From Ramazzottius varieornatus (taxonomy: Eukaryota > Animalia > Tardigrada), in NCBI GenBank assembly GCA_001949185.1, contig BDGG01000002.1, positions 899,481-963,480 on the forward strand: 64,000 nt of DNA, read 5' to 3'. Below the pieces are notes generated by a model that was not told the origin of the DNA, ran no database searches, and saw nothing but the letters and a program-made list of their open reading frames with translations. Of the stretch, positions 35,886 through 48,600 are shown in pieces. The position numbers and the translations under genes were made by a program. Numbering within the stretch: position 1 is the stretch's first letter; each line of letters starts with the position of its first letter.

Positions 35886-38800
35886 ATGAGTCTTGATAGC
35901 ATGAGATCGTACGTTGCTGGCATTAGCCTGCGTCTGCATCACAACCATCGGACTACGCTGGTTATTGTTTTTATGGGACTGATGCTGGACAATTTACTGT
36001 TGACTGTTGTTGGTGAGTGCTGTTGATGGATACGACATCAGAGCTCTTTGATAATATGCCGCTTTAAGTTACAGTGCCGATACTGCCAGAATACCTGTAT
36101 GAGATTGAGCACACCTCAAGGAGCCTACAGTCCCTAGCTGCCGTTGCGTCCACCGTTAGTAACACGACGTCTTCGACTGAAAGCAGCGCTTCGGCTGCAC
36201 CGCATCGGACCTTCATCACCTTGGACCTGGTCAATGAAAACTCTCGAATCGGACTTTTGTTTTCCAGCAAAGCCTTCGTCCAGTTTTTTGTCAATCCCTG
36301 CGTTGCTATCGTGTCCAGAAGGTAAGTGGGACAGCGGGTAAAGACTTTAACGGTACGCTAGTATCTTACACGTCGATTGTGAATCGCGCACGGGGAGCTA
36401 AACTGCGCAATAGCGACATCTACCGTGTGCTTTATAGATATGGCTACACAATCCCGTTATTTTTTGGCCTATGTATCGTCCTGGTGTCCGCCCTTGGTAA
36501 GCGTGAGAATCTTTGTTGACCATGTAATTTTAGTCGCAAATAAATGTTTCCAGCCTTCGCTCTGGGTTCGACATACGGAGCGCTTCTCTTTGCGCGATGC
36601 ATCCAGGGTGTTGGGTCGTCCTCCTTAGTGATATCAGGTGAGATCATCCCGGTGCCTGCATTAACGTGCCACACTGATTCAATTTGACCGTTACACATAT
36701 TTTCATCTGCTGTTCGATTCCATCCATGGAGAAGCCAACCATATTTATTTTGCCAGGCATGGGTCTCATCTCCAGCCGCTACCCCGAAGAAGAGGAACGA
36801 AGCAAAAATATGGGTATCGCGCTAAGTGGCATTGCTGCGGGAGTTCTAGGTACATTTAAATACTATATGGGACGTGGACAAGGTCGTTTTTCCAAGTGAC
36901 GCGCAGTTGCGGCTAAATGCACTGGGAACTTGCGTCACTCACGAAAACAATCTAACTCGCAAAGGTCGTTTTTTGCAAGTGGCCTGCACTTTCGAATTCA
37001 GCCATCAACAACAAAAGCATGCGCTACTTCGAATGTATCGTGGCTCAGTCTAAACATTACGCTGATGTGGGTTGGGTACTGTCATAGTAGTTAATATGTA
37101 ATAGCATTCCGAATTTTCAGTTGGATATCCGTTCGGCAGCGTCCTGTATGACCTAGCGGGAAAAACCTTGCCTTTCGTCCTGATTGCCATTTTTGTAGCG
37201 CTGCTTGTAGGTGGGTGTCCCCAACTCGGTCTTCATCCCCCTTCTACCGAAATAACCTCGACTGTTCAATGCGTTTAGGTGTACAGTTTCTGAGTGTCCC
37301 GCCCCAAATCAGTGCAGTCAACGTTCAATATTCATCTTCTACCAAAGCCTTGCTGCAAGACCGGTACATCCTGGCGGTCATCACGGCAGTCTGCGTCTCG
37401 ACTAGCGCCATGGCCATTTTGGAACCATGTCTGCCCATCTGGCTGCTGGAGACCATGCAAGCGGAACAATGGCAGCTGGGAACGGCCTTCATACCAGATA
37501 GTGTCGGGTACTTCCTTGGCTCCAGCTTCTTCGGGGTCTTGGCCCTCAGAGTGGGTCGTTGGAAATGCTCGATGGCTGCCATGCTCGTTGTGGGCATGTC
37601 ATGCATTTGCGTAAGTAACTTCACACCACCATCTGCAGTAATTAAAAGAGAGCATTACGATGACCAATGTCACAATTTTGTCATCATAGATCCCTTTCGC
37701 CACGGCAATTTGGCACCTGATCATACCTCACTTCGGCCTGGGCCTGGGTATCGGTACGTTGTAATGATCTTCATGACCGAGCAAGGTCAGATTACAACAA
37801 TTTTACAACGCTTCTGGGTGAATAATGAGACTCAGATGTTTCTGATTTAGACCAGGTAAAATTTCTTTAGGTATTGTGGATGCATCTTTCATGCCGTTGT
37901 TGGCCCTGCTGGTCGACCTCCGTCACGAAGCCGTCTACGGCAGCGTCTTCGCGGTTGCTCAGCTGGCCGTGTGTCTAGCTTACTCAGCCGGTAAGTACAA
38001 AGATATTACTACGCTCATTTACTTGGAAGCAGATCACCGCGGAACTGTAAAAGCGTTTTCGAAAAATTCAGTGCCTAAAAAACTTTCAAGGACAACATCT
38101 TTCTCGAGCAAATGATTTTTACGAAGGTTTCAATAAACTGTTTCAGTCTGTCATTGAGAGCACAGTCTGCTGAATTTTCCATCGACAAACAAGAAATAGA
38201 TCTGTTTGATGATATGAAACCCGACTTCGAGATGACGTCATCGCGAAGACGTGACGTTATGTAACCACCTGCGCGCGTGCGGGGCAGTGCACTCGCGGAT
38301 TCATGGATTTTACTGTAGATAGGAACGGGGTATACGAACTCTTTCGCAGAGAACTGCATGACCTAAATAGTCTGGCAAGGCGATACCCTCGCATTTGATG
38401 ACAGATGAATCGAGAATGGGGCTTCCCGCTGACCACCTGACAGCGGTCGTGTGACCGCGGATTAAAGGGGATTCATCACGAAAGAAGAGCCACATTGGGG
38501 TGGAGTGGAGGGTCAATGTTCTGTCAGGGTTATGCACTGACGCCTCCTGTTTTGTATGTTCCTTTATCCTCGGACGATCGAGGAGGGCCTTGACCAGGAC
38601 CGTAGCGGCCTGTATTGGATGTATCGAGATTTCAGTGTGACGCCAGGGCTTAAGGGTCATCACAGTGCAAAACTGATCGCGATGCATGGCGTGGTTGATG
38701 CATCCAATACAGACCGTTTTGACCTTGCCTTGACTAAATTTTCGAGGCTCGATAAATCTTCTTCTTCTGTAATATGACCCCTGTATGTAGGTCCGCTGCT

Positions 38801-39875
38801 GGGCGGCATCGTCGCCAACTTGGCCGGCTTCCCCTTCCTGATGCGCAGCGTTGGCCTTCTCAACATCATCATCTGCCCAATTTGCCTCCTGTTACGCAAC
38901 ATCCCACCGCCAGCCGAACGCCAGGTGAGTTTTTCCTGCTCTCTAATTACTGGGGAATGTTTTGCAATGACGTCGGAAGGAAGGAAGGCAGAAAGGAAGG
39001 AAGCGAACCGGGGGTGGAAAAAATCCGGAAACGTGCTGGGGTGTCTTCCATCTACACTGTGATTGTTAGCTCACCTTCGAGCACAACCTTCTCAGCAAGC
39101 CTGCTGATTATTAGCGACGACAAACAAGTACCATGGACTACCGTATCCGGTTTTCCTTGAAGCTATCTCTGTCTTCGGTCTAGCCAAAGTGAAAACCTTA
39201 TTTGTCAATTTAGGGTTTTTCTACGAAATTCCAAACATAACCTCGAGCGGGTCGGTGCCTTGTAGTGAGAGCCCTATCTTTGTCAAAGCTTTCTGATTAA
39301 GAAATGTTACTTGTGAGTAAAATGACCTCGCAATGTCCAGCAGCTAAATCTTTTAAAACGATAGCCGAAACATTCGAAGATATTATCTCCCATTTTCTCT
39401 ACGGTATAGATATATGTTGCCATAATATGGTATGGAAAGTAGTTTGTTGTGTTTTTGTCAAAAAGGCAGCCAAGCGTGATCATGAAACTGTTTAGGCAAA
39501 AAAAATCAGCTACTCGTTATATCCTCTTTCGTTGAAACCAAAATAAAAAAAGTCGTTCGTGGTGGCTTCCTTGTTTTTCCAAAGCTCATCTGTGTCACCA
39601 AGGACACTGCACTTTTTCCTCTTTTAATGAAGTATCGATTGATCCTTCTTATCCATCGTTTCTTCTCTTCTTTTCCGCAGACTCTTCTTTCGCGATCCCC
39701 GCGCCCATCGCGGCAATTTGGCAGTTTCAACAGCTTGTACCAGACGCTACAGGCTTCGCGATCAGCCTCGTCTACCCATCTGTCGCGTCCCAGTTTGTCC
39801 GGCTCAGCCATGATGGAAGGGACCAGCTTTAACGGCAACAGCAAGAGTGCAGGTGGACGCTTTCCCGGCATTTGA
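35886..39875 (+). CDS. prt: SLC18 vesicular amine transporter, portabella type; about 11 exons (35886-36012, 36075-36321, 36438-36496, 36554-36637, 36757-36849, 37121-37210, 37279-37610, 37690-37753, 37871-37990, 38791-38924, 39681-39875)
   Basis: LMLDNLLLTVVVPILPEYL (TM1), GLLFSSKAFVQ, RYPEEEERSKNMGIAL, SAMAILEPCLPIWL, YGSVFAVAQ (Q where VMATs have D). Confidence 0.88.
36876..37000. repeat. Short palindromic repeat family (acaaggtcgtttt...), two adjacent degenerate copies in a transporter intron
   Basis: ggacaaggtcgttttttccaagtg and caaaggtcgttttttgcaagtgg; related copy at 54496-54579. Confidence 0.5.
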
Positions 39876-40479
39876 CCATCGCCTGAGCACTGCTCCGGAC
39901 ATATTGCCTGCCCACTTCTCCGAATACAGGCCGCATCGGCATGATTAGTAATTATAGCTACACGCGAATCCCACGTCTCCTTCCATCTCCCCACAGTCCA
40001 TAATAATCCAAAGCTGTCCTTGTGTTAGTTACGGTCACCGCAAACGCACCTGCAAGGCTTATGCGTATATATTCCGTTAATCAATTTCTCATTTCGTCCA
40101 AGTGTTGCTTAGATATTGACCATCCACATTTCCAAGTACAGAAAATCTCTCATATCGATCTGACGAGCGGAACCAGATGTTGAAAGGTCGCATTCAGCTG
40201 TTTCTCACATCTTTCGTCCTATCATTCTGTGCAAACCAGGCCAAACTTAGGTCTAACAAGCCTGCGTTTATTCTTAATTCCATCCCCGATCGTTGTTGAT
40301 TCGTTCAATAAAAGCCTTAACCTCCGCGGGCAAATCAGAAAACTAAACAAGGAAACCTTCTTTACATTCGGTCATATAGAAAAATAGATTGGCCGTACGC
40401 AACGTTGGTCGGGTCGAGAGGGAGCGAAGCTGTGCAAAGTGGCTTGATATTTACTCACATGATTGGAGTGGCTGACTGC

Positions 40480-43311
40480 TCAAATTGTATGGACAGCTCC
40501 CTTCTCCTGCTGCACTTGTAGCGTAACATAAGTGGGCACCAGCAGTTGATGGCCTTCCGTCCCACGTCCCCACTGATCGTTGCCCTGTTCAGGGCCACTA
40601 TTCTTGGCCGAACCGTTGAACGAAGCCGTCCGTACCGAGGTCACGGTGGTCAGCCCAACATTGGGCAGGTACGTTGACTCGGCCTCGACTGTAATGTTAG
40701 GATGTCTGCCTTGACCACGACCATCTTCGATCTCGTTCCCATCTGGACCGTAGTGGATGGTCGACTGGTACCGTAAGTGTCTGACACCGCTGGGACGGTG
40801 GTTCAAACAGGGTAGGACGGCTTTGAACTCTTTGCGAAAGTTCTCGTTCATCCAGGCATAGAGAATGGGATTGTAGCAGGTCGAGCTGACGGCCACCACG
40901 TGGGAAAGGAAGAAGACGAGGACAAAGTACTCCCAGCCGGTGATGGTTTGCGGGAAGTAATCGTTGAGGATGTTGACCAGGTTGAGCGGTAGCCAGCAAC
41001 AGCCAAAGATGATGACCATGGCCACCAGCATGCGGTTGGTCCGCTTCTTTCGCATGATGGCAGTGGGTTCGCGACCTCGTTGACTGCTGGCCAACCCTGG
41101 AAATATCAATCAAGTTTATGACCAATGCATTACCCTTAAACCAGCTTGATATAATCAAGGCCTAACAGTGGCAAAATTTGATTACCTGCTGTACCGTATA
41201 GAAGGCTCGGGTGAGCTTAAATTAAGCCATTTAGTCGTTCTTAGCCGCAGCCACAAAATATTTTTTAAAACGGCGAAGAATGTTTTAGCCGACTCAGCCT
41301 AACGCACAATACATTTCAGCTGCGGCTAAAACGGCCAAACGGCTTATTTCAGCTTATCCGAACCTTCTAAAGGTTGATTTTAAGTAACTTGATGGATGGA
41401 ATTCGAAGAAAAACTGACTTGCGTATCAGTCTTCTAATTCTGGTACTGCTGTTTCAATGTTTTTTGCAAAACATTCGCGGACATTCTTTCATCCTTTCTG
41501 TATCATAATACACTTCCGGTCAAGCTTTTATGCTTTTATTTTCCTGTGCAAAAGTTTTTCCTGTCTCTTTTATACGATGATGCATCTTTCATTAGTCGTT
41601 TTTGGTACAGTGTACAAGTTCTCCGAATACAGCGTCTGGTATCTTTATCGATGCAGCTCTCGGGTCCAGGAGGAAGTACGGAATACATGGAAATGATTGC
41701 CACCTCTGCAGATGTGCCGTGCGAAAAAATAGCTACATCGATGAAGGGTGTCACTTTTGACAGGTGGCAAGTACTCGCATATCGCGGTCTCTGCCTACTG
41801 TGCTGTTGGGTTTGCCTCATTACGTTAGCATATTGATACATTTTAGGGGTATGTTGTCTGGTCTCCTTTCCATCAAACAGCCCTGCCAATAAAAAGGGGG
41901 AAGAGCCCCTGTCAGCTGCACAAATGCTCAGGTGGCAATTTCCGAAATGTCTGTGGGCGAAAGGCGAGATATCAATATCGACAAGCCGACGTTATTGAAC
42001 GAACCAACACACCCCTACCCTTCGCCTCGTCGTGAAAAATATGGCATTCTCAAAATACTAATTTGATTATTCATATGGAATCCACGAGAAGAAATGAATT
42101 GTCGCCCTCGGGTCACATGTTCGTAACACTAAGAAAGAATCCCTTTTTCGAAAACTATCTCGGCAAACCATTTTCGACTCGAGAGCCTTCACAAATAAAC
42201 CGTCAACATTGAATTTGTACTTTGATGGATTTGCTAGCTTTTTCCTGAATTTGCAGAATATAAATTTTTAATCTTTAAATTTTGTAGATTTGTTTTTGAA
42301 AGAAAATGGATCCAGGATCTTTCGAAGAATGGCTTCGCTGACCGAAATCGATGAAAAACCTTTTCAGTAAAATAATTCGTCAGAAGCCGATATACAGTAG
42401 ATCCAGAACCGCGAAAACAAGGTGCAGCTCTGGGATTACTCGAATATTTTGCCCATACCTTTGGAGGCTTGCGTGCGCAGTTTGAGCCATACGCTGACAT
42501 AGCTGACGGTAATGACAATCAAGGGGATGGAATATTGGACTATTAGGACGACGGTCCCAAAGGTGCGCCGTGCATAACTGGGCCAGTCTTCTTCACAGCG
42601 CGGTCCTCGGCCATCGGGATGAGGAAACGAGTACTTCATGTAGATGGCATACGGCGTACATATCGTAATTGAAAGCAGCCAAATGGACGCGATAATTAAG
42701 GAGGCCGACTTGGTGGTTAATTTCGGCAGATATGGGAAGCAGATGACACAGAAGCGCTCGACAGCGATGGCCGTTAATGTCAAGGTGGAAATATAGACTG
42801 AAGCTGCCTGGATCAGCGGGAAGAGATGGCACATGAAGGAGCCGAAATACCAGCCTTCAAGGAAGGTGTACAGTGGAGTGAGGGGAACGGTCAAGGCACA
42901 AATGATGACGTCGTTGACGGCCAGTGAGGCGATGAAAAAGTTGGTGACGGTATGCATGGCTTTGTTGCGTGAGACAACGTAGATGACCAGGACGTTGCCG
43001 AAGATGCCACAAGTCATGATGATGACGTAAAGGCAACAGATGACCACTTGCACCCAGACGTTGTGGATGATGTTGTAGTCGTCGGAGGGCGCTGACCGGT
43101 TGGCGGACTGGTAGTAGTCCAGTAGGGCGCTGGAGTTGTGCAGGTCAATAGAGCCATTCATCATGAAGGAAGTCAGGTTGAAGCTCAGCGTGGAATGGCG
43201 CTGAAAGTCCTTCCAAACGCGTGCGTACTCGTCCTCCAGATCGGAAATATCAAAGTCCTCATCCTCCCAGTCGGAGAAAAATGAAGAGGCCGCCGACGCT
43301 GGCTGGCCCAT
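40480..43311 (-). CDS. sNPF-R: Short neuropeptide F / PrRP-type neuropeptide receptor, ~489 aa; exons 43311-42459, 41096-40480
   Basis: GNVLVIYVVSRNKAMHTVTNFFI, TLTAIAVERF, CEEDWP, RKKRTNRMLVAMV, CWLPLN, CYNPILYAWMNENFRKEFK; phase-1 intron is in frame. Confidence 0.88.
41196..41372. mobile_element. Second, degenerate copy of the GTATAGAAGG MITE (no Tc5 insert), in the receptor intron
   Basis: gtatagaaggctcgg..ttcttagccgcag..ggcttatttcagcttatccgaaccttct aligns to 24187-24405 plus 26526-26541. Confidence 0.8.
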
Positions 43312-45044
43312 TATCGCCTCCGCTTAGCTTGTTTTCGCCACCACCAAGACGATCGAACGTACAGAGTGGCGTACTTGTGCCCGAACGTTACCAGTGTACT
43401 GGTGCTACCCACAGCGCTAACCGATGCATCGGATGGTACGCAGGAGCTCCTACTATCGATTGACTGATAAGCTGGCGAGTCGTTACCTGTAACAAGAACA
43501 GGAAAAGGGTAAAGCAAGCCTAAACCTTGCACTTGTCATATTGTGATCGAGGACCCTGGTTCTTTTGTGTTAGTCAAGAGCGCGGGGAAGGAAAGAGGAA
43601 ATAAAGTTGGGGAAGACCGACAATTGACTTGATGGATTCAACGAGCGGCCTCTAAGTATCGAGCTGATAGTGTCTATCTTGCAGTTCGCACAGCGAACCC
43701 ACGCTGACAATGCGTGCCGATGTGGACACCATCTCATCACGAAACAGCTGTGGCCCCTCACGCCATGCAAGGTAATTTGACGGCTACAGACTTCGCCAGG
43801 CTCTGCACAAATCGTATCAACACCTAGCTGTGTAATCCCTCACAGCTTGCCCACTTAATCGATGGCCTATGTACATCGAACTCGGTCTATATCGAAGGAT
43901 CAGTGTCCGCACAATTTCAATTTCATCCAGTCTCAGGAAAAATGGATTATTCGTCAAGTCGAATATCTGTCCGACACGGAGAACGTCACCTTGAAAATTC
44001 GTCGAATGTTTCTGTAGCGGGTGGAAATTTCCCGACAGAATCTTTTCGGTGAATTCACCGGTTCAACGTGCATTAGGAAGATTATAGGCTTGTGTGGTTG
44101 GAGTGACATAGTGGGCCAACACAAGGGAATGGGGCCACGTGTCTGACACCAGCGGACCCACTTAACTCTAAATGCAACACTTAAACATGACACTTGAATT
44201 GTGTTTAGAGACAGCTGGCTGGATAGCCGTATGGACGAAGGCGGAAGACGGCGGGGAGAAGGAAGGAAGACCCCTGTCGACGAGCCGCTAATTGAGTCAG
44301 CACGACCAGATCGACTGTTTACACGCGCGCAACCCCCGCCTCAGCTTACCAGGCACTATTTCCCACAATCTTTTCCCACCAGTTTACATCTGGTCCGTTG
44401 TCTCACTTTCGGACTGTCTTACAGACCAGATCCAGCAGCTACATACCCGTCTTCCATAACGTCGTTCGATCTCGCCCAAGACAATAATCAAGTGCGGCCA
44501 GGACCCTACTCTTGCCTGTTTTTATACGCCTGTTTAAAAAAGACATTGCGAAAGGAGAGCGAGAAAAGACAGAGATAATTTCGCATGTACCATGTCGGAA
44601 CGTCACCACTCGAGCGTTCCCCAGGACACTTTAGTTTATGAGTGCTGGCACGATGTTCTTTTTTACTCATCATGGCCGGCTTCGTTCAGGATGAATAGTT
44701 TAAACAGCGGATGCTACACTTCAAGAAACTGATCTTCGGTCTTAACGCCCTGAGAGTGCCATCCCGCCATGGTCAACAAAGAAAGTGTTACTACAAACGG
44801 GCGAGGCAAGGCAGCCTGAAACAGTAACGGTCGACCAAATCTCGAGAAAGCGGGATTAAGCACGGGAAACTCCATTAACTTGGACGCACTTCCTGCCAAC
44901 GGGTCACGCGGCAAAAGTATCCAGGTTTCGTGGCCTGACGGTGCACAAGTCCTGGTGGCTCCACCTAGCCACAATGCGGCTGTATCTGTAATTACGATGA
45001 ATCAGTGTAATGGTTACTGATGAAGGCGCAGACGGGACACGGTG

Positions 45045-45625
45045 ATATGATGAGNNNNNNNNNNNNNNNNNNNNNNNNNNNNNNNNNNNNNNNNNNNNNN
45101 NNNNGAGCCGGGCGACTCAAAAATCCACCGTACTTTCACCGCGGGTGCATGCGCGGAGCAACTCCGTGCGCGGTGAAGTACTTTTTCCCGCGCATCCACC
45201 CGCGGACCATGACAAGAGTTTCACTGCGGGTGCACGCGCGGACAAACCAGTTTTTCCGCGCATGGATGTGCGGTTTAACTTAATTTATTCGCGGTTGGTT
45301 CCCCGGTGAAGTATTTTACCGCGCATCCATCCGCAGATGAAGTTGAGTCTCTCCGCGCATCCACGCGCGGACTTAGACCATTAGTCGCGCGTGCATGCGC
45401 GGATAAAGTCAGCTTGTCAGCGCATGTACCCGTGGATAAAGTCAATATATCCGCGCATCCATGCGCGGGAAAAGTGGTTTTACCGCGCCTACACCCGCGG
45501 TGAAACTCTTGTCGTAGTCCGCGGGTGGATGCGCAAGAAAAGTATTTCACCGCGCATGGAGTTCCTCCGCGAATGCACCCGCGGTGAAAGTACGGTGGAT
45601 TTTTGAGTCGCCCGGCTCATCATAT
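45045..45625. mobile_element. GC-rich foldback/MITE element spanning the assembly gap
   Basis: Long inverted arms gagccgggcgactcaaaaatccaccgtactttcaccgcggg; internal ccgcgcatccac-type subrepeats; atatgatgag / ctcatcatat ends flanked by GGTG on both sides. Confidence 0.85.
45055..45104. other. Assembly gap (50 N)
   Basis: Run of N. Confidence 1.
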
Positions 45626-48600
45626 GGTGACGTGTTTACATACAGCTGTTCTGGAAGCTCGACCACCTGTTTCTAGCGAATGCTTGAAGAAACTGTAACT
45701 ATGTTCCCCACCGACGGGTCAACGTTGACAGGAGTACTCTTCATGTGGCACCACATAACCTCAAGAACATCTGTAGTATTGCTGCCAAAATAAGTGCATT
45801 GCATCCAGTAATTTCCCATCCGTGTCGGATTACCCATAAGCAAACTAACTGGCGATGCAGATGGAACTACAATTGCAAGCATCTCCAAAACACTCGTCTA
45901 ACACACTGAGGGGAAATCAAACTATATGTTCGGGAAGTGGCATCAAAACCACTGTGGCATCGGCACTGCGAGAACATTCTGGTGAATGCTCATAAGACCC
46001 GGAGCGGCAATTCGTTAACGGAAACCAGTTGACGAGAACTGTCCAACCGATTCAGAACAAGAAAAATATTGAATAAACAACACCGCTCAAAAATAAAGCA
46101 GCCTACGAACTAGAAGCCAGGATAAAAGCCCTGATGCTGACTCCAGTCTCAACGGCACCATCCTCGCGTTCCCTACTCGACTCCACCTTAGGTTCTGCTG
46201 TCTACATCACTGAGGCTTTGCTGAAAGATTCCTTATTCTCCCCTGCGTAGGTACGCTCACCCACTTTTGAAGTTTCAAGACTTACGTGGGCAAACCGAAT
46301 TTTTCGCATTTCACATGATGCTAAACAAATATTGATGTGGTATTGCTTGTCCAAAAATTCCAGAAAATGTGTTTTCTTCGGCACTCTTGCCACATCACTC
46401 CAAGTTTGTTCATACGGCGCTAAGCCTGGCTCGCTGCCACTAGTTCTCGATCAAATCAAAGTTTTATCTTATCCTGGTTGGGCAGAGCCTCCGATCCATT
46501 ATACTGACCATAATCTAAGGTATAAGACCCATAAGAGGGAACACATTCAAGGGAAAGATCGCTCTCAGACTCGGCGCCGCGGCTCCTTGGCTAACCTTTC
46601 CAGGTAATCAGCGAAATAAGTCCATTAACTGGATACATCCGTCTGCCTCTCACGGGAAGGAAGATACAGGGATCCCATGACCGTAAATCCCTGGATCTTC
46701 CCCGCCCTAACCCTTCCTCAAGCGAGACCCTGGATTATACCCCAGTTGGCTACTAGCATGGCCTGACGACCCCCGGTTTCGCTTATCGAGGAAGGTAACG
46801 CTTGATAGGTACCGTTGGAGATCAGTCCTGGTTTGCAGCAGAAGATTTTGGCTTCGTTTTGGGATAATCCCAAATCAGAATGGGTTTGTGCAAAGCTCAG
46901 CTACATCCTCCTGGCTTTGGCTTATACCTGTGAAAACGTGTCGATGAGAGGTATGGCCTGGATCAAATGAAACCAGGTTGAACGCAAGGCAGGCCTCTGG
47001 CTCTCTTTCTTTAGGAGCTTCTAATGGCCACGCGTCATGTGTTTGGCGATAATCACGCCAGACAACGATTAGAGGAGAGCCAGTTTCTACCGTTGGCCAG
47101 CTCGATTAAAAGACTTCAGCCGCGGGCTTACGCATATCCTTTTGCTGTAGGTGCCCTCGGTCGGCTGTTCTATTGCTAACATAGGCGTCTCGAGCTCCTG
47201 CCTCATCAGCGTTCTCCATAAAGTGCAGTCATCTCATTTGCTTGAAGTCGGGTAAGTGCACTTGATACTGACGCACCACCCTGAATCATTGATTGACGAA
47301 GATGTCGAGGACGCCTATGCATAATTTACAGCACAAGGTATTTTTTCATGTGGTCTTGCTGCACATACGGCTTGTGTCGCGTGAAAACACTACACTTAGA
47401 AGGAAAGTTCGGGCCAGTAAAACGTTTTCCGAAGCAGCGGAACGGAAGTAGGTACGTACGTGCGTAATTCATTCCACAGTATTTTTCAACCATTTTCTAC
47501 CGTTGAACTTAAATTTTCCGCCTTCTTCGTCTGGCCCAAACTTTTTACTGGCCCAGACTTTCTTTTCGTGCGTGTACTACACTGCAAAGTTTGGTCACAC
47601 CTTGCCTGCCACAAATCTTACCTAGCCCATAGACCACCAAGAAACCCAAGTACACTGCAACAAAACCCCGTACTCGGCTCGGACAAATCCATAGGTGGAC
47701 ATACCTGTTTTTTTCAGAACCGCGCAGCATGACGAAAATTCTACAACCAGCTTGTCAATATTTCGCGTTCATCAAGCAATGTATCGGTTCTGGATAGTGC
47801 GCCAAGTACTCCGTCGTCCCATACGTGTTAGCGTACGTCACAGAGGGCTTAGACACGATGCTTTCTTCGTTTCTTCAGATACCATCTCGATAAGATATCC
47901 AAGGCCATTCGATGAGGGGATTTTCTGCGAGAAGGTGGTAGAAGAAATATGGTGTCATGTGGAGAGAATCTGCCCGATCTTCAGACAAGAGCCGCAGGCG
48001 CCGGTAAACTTGTGAAAATGTGGCTGCAAGCTCGCTGGAGTCATGTGGGACAAGTGTAGGAGGGGGATCCGAAGGGCTCAGGTATCGAATGGCGGAAGCT
48101 AAGTAGTTCGAGCTACCGATTTACGCTCATCTTGACAGCCGATATCATCCTTGGCTACCGCTAGTTATCACTGACGCAAAAGGCCGCAGCTTCACACTAT
48201 ATGTAAACGCTGTATTCCCGGTAATAGAGTCCATCATCCGGCGTCTAGGATAATCAAGGCTAAACTGTATTTTGTTGCTGTACAAAAGCTTACGTATATG
48301 CGATCCAGGATGATCTATTTGGTCCGAAGGTCATGTGTACGGACTGTAAATGAAGTCATTCAATACCACGCATTATAATCCCACGCGCCCTAATGATCGG
48401 AAAGTGATACAGTGTCGCGTTTGATCTACGTGCACATGTGACACGTTTGGATGTTTCAACTGGTGCGTTATAACGTGCTGGGACTACATATCAAACATTT
48501 AGACGGCTCCTGACAGGATAATGGCTCTTGATCGGCAGGAGGAAGAGTTGACTCGGCAAGTTTATTGCCGGCTCCTGACTTGACAGGATGGCAGTCCCTC

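Noticed and set aside
38975-39003. (GGAA)n-like tract in a transporter intron
   Set aside because: Ordinary short simple repeat.
45105-45617. Repeat array superficially like CRISPR or satellite DNA
   Set aside because: Units are inverted and degenerate with no unique spacers; explained as a foldback element in a eukaryotic genome.
45640-47300. Possible decayed DIRS-like retroelement (weak WIFP and AWP..F-like words near 46690-46790)
   Set aside because: Too degenerate; no RT, RNase H or recombinase motifs or terminal repeats could be confirmed by eye.
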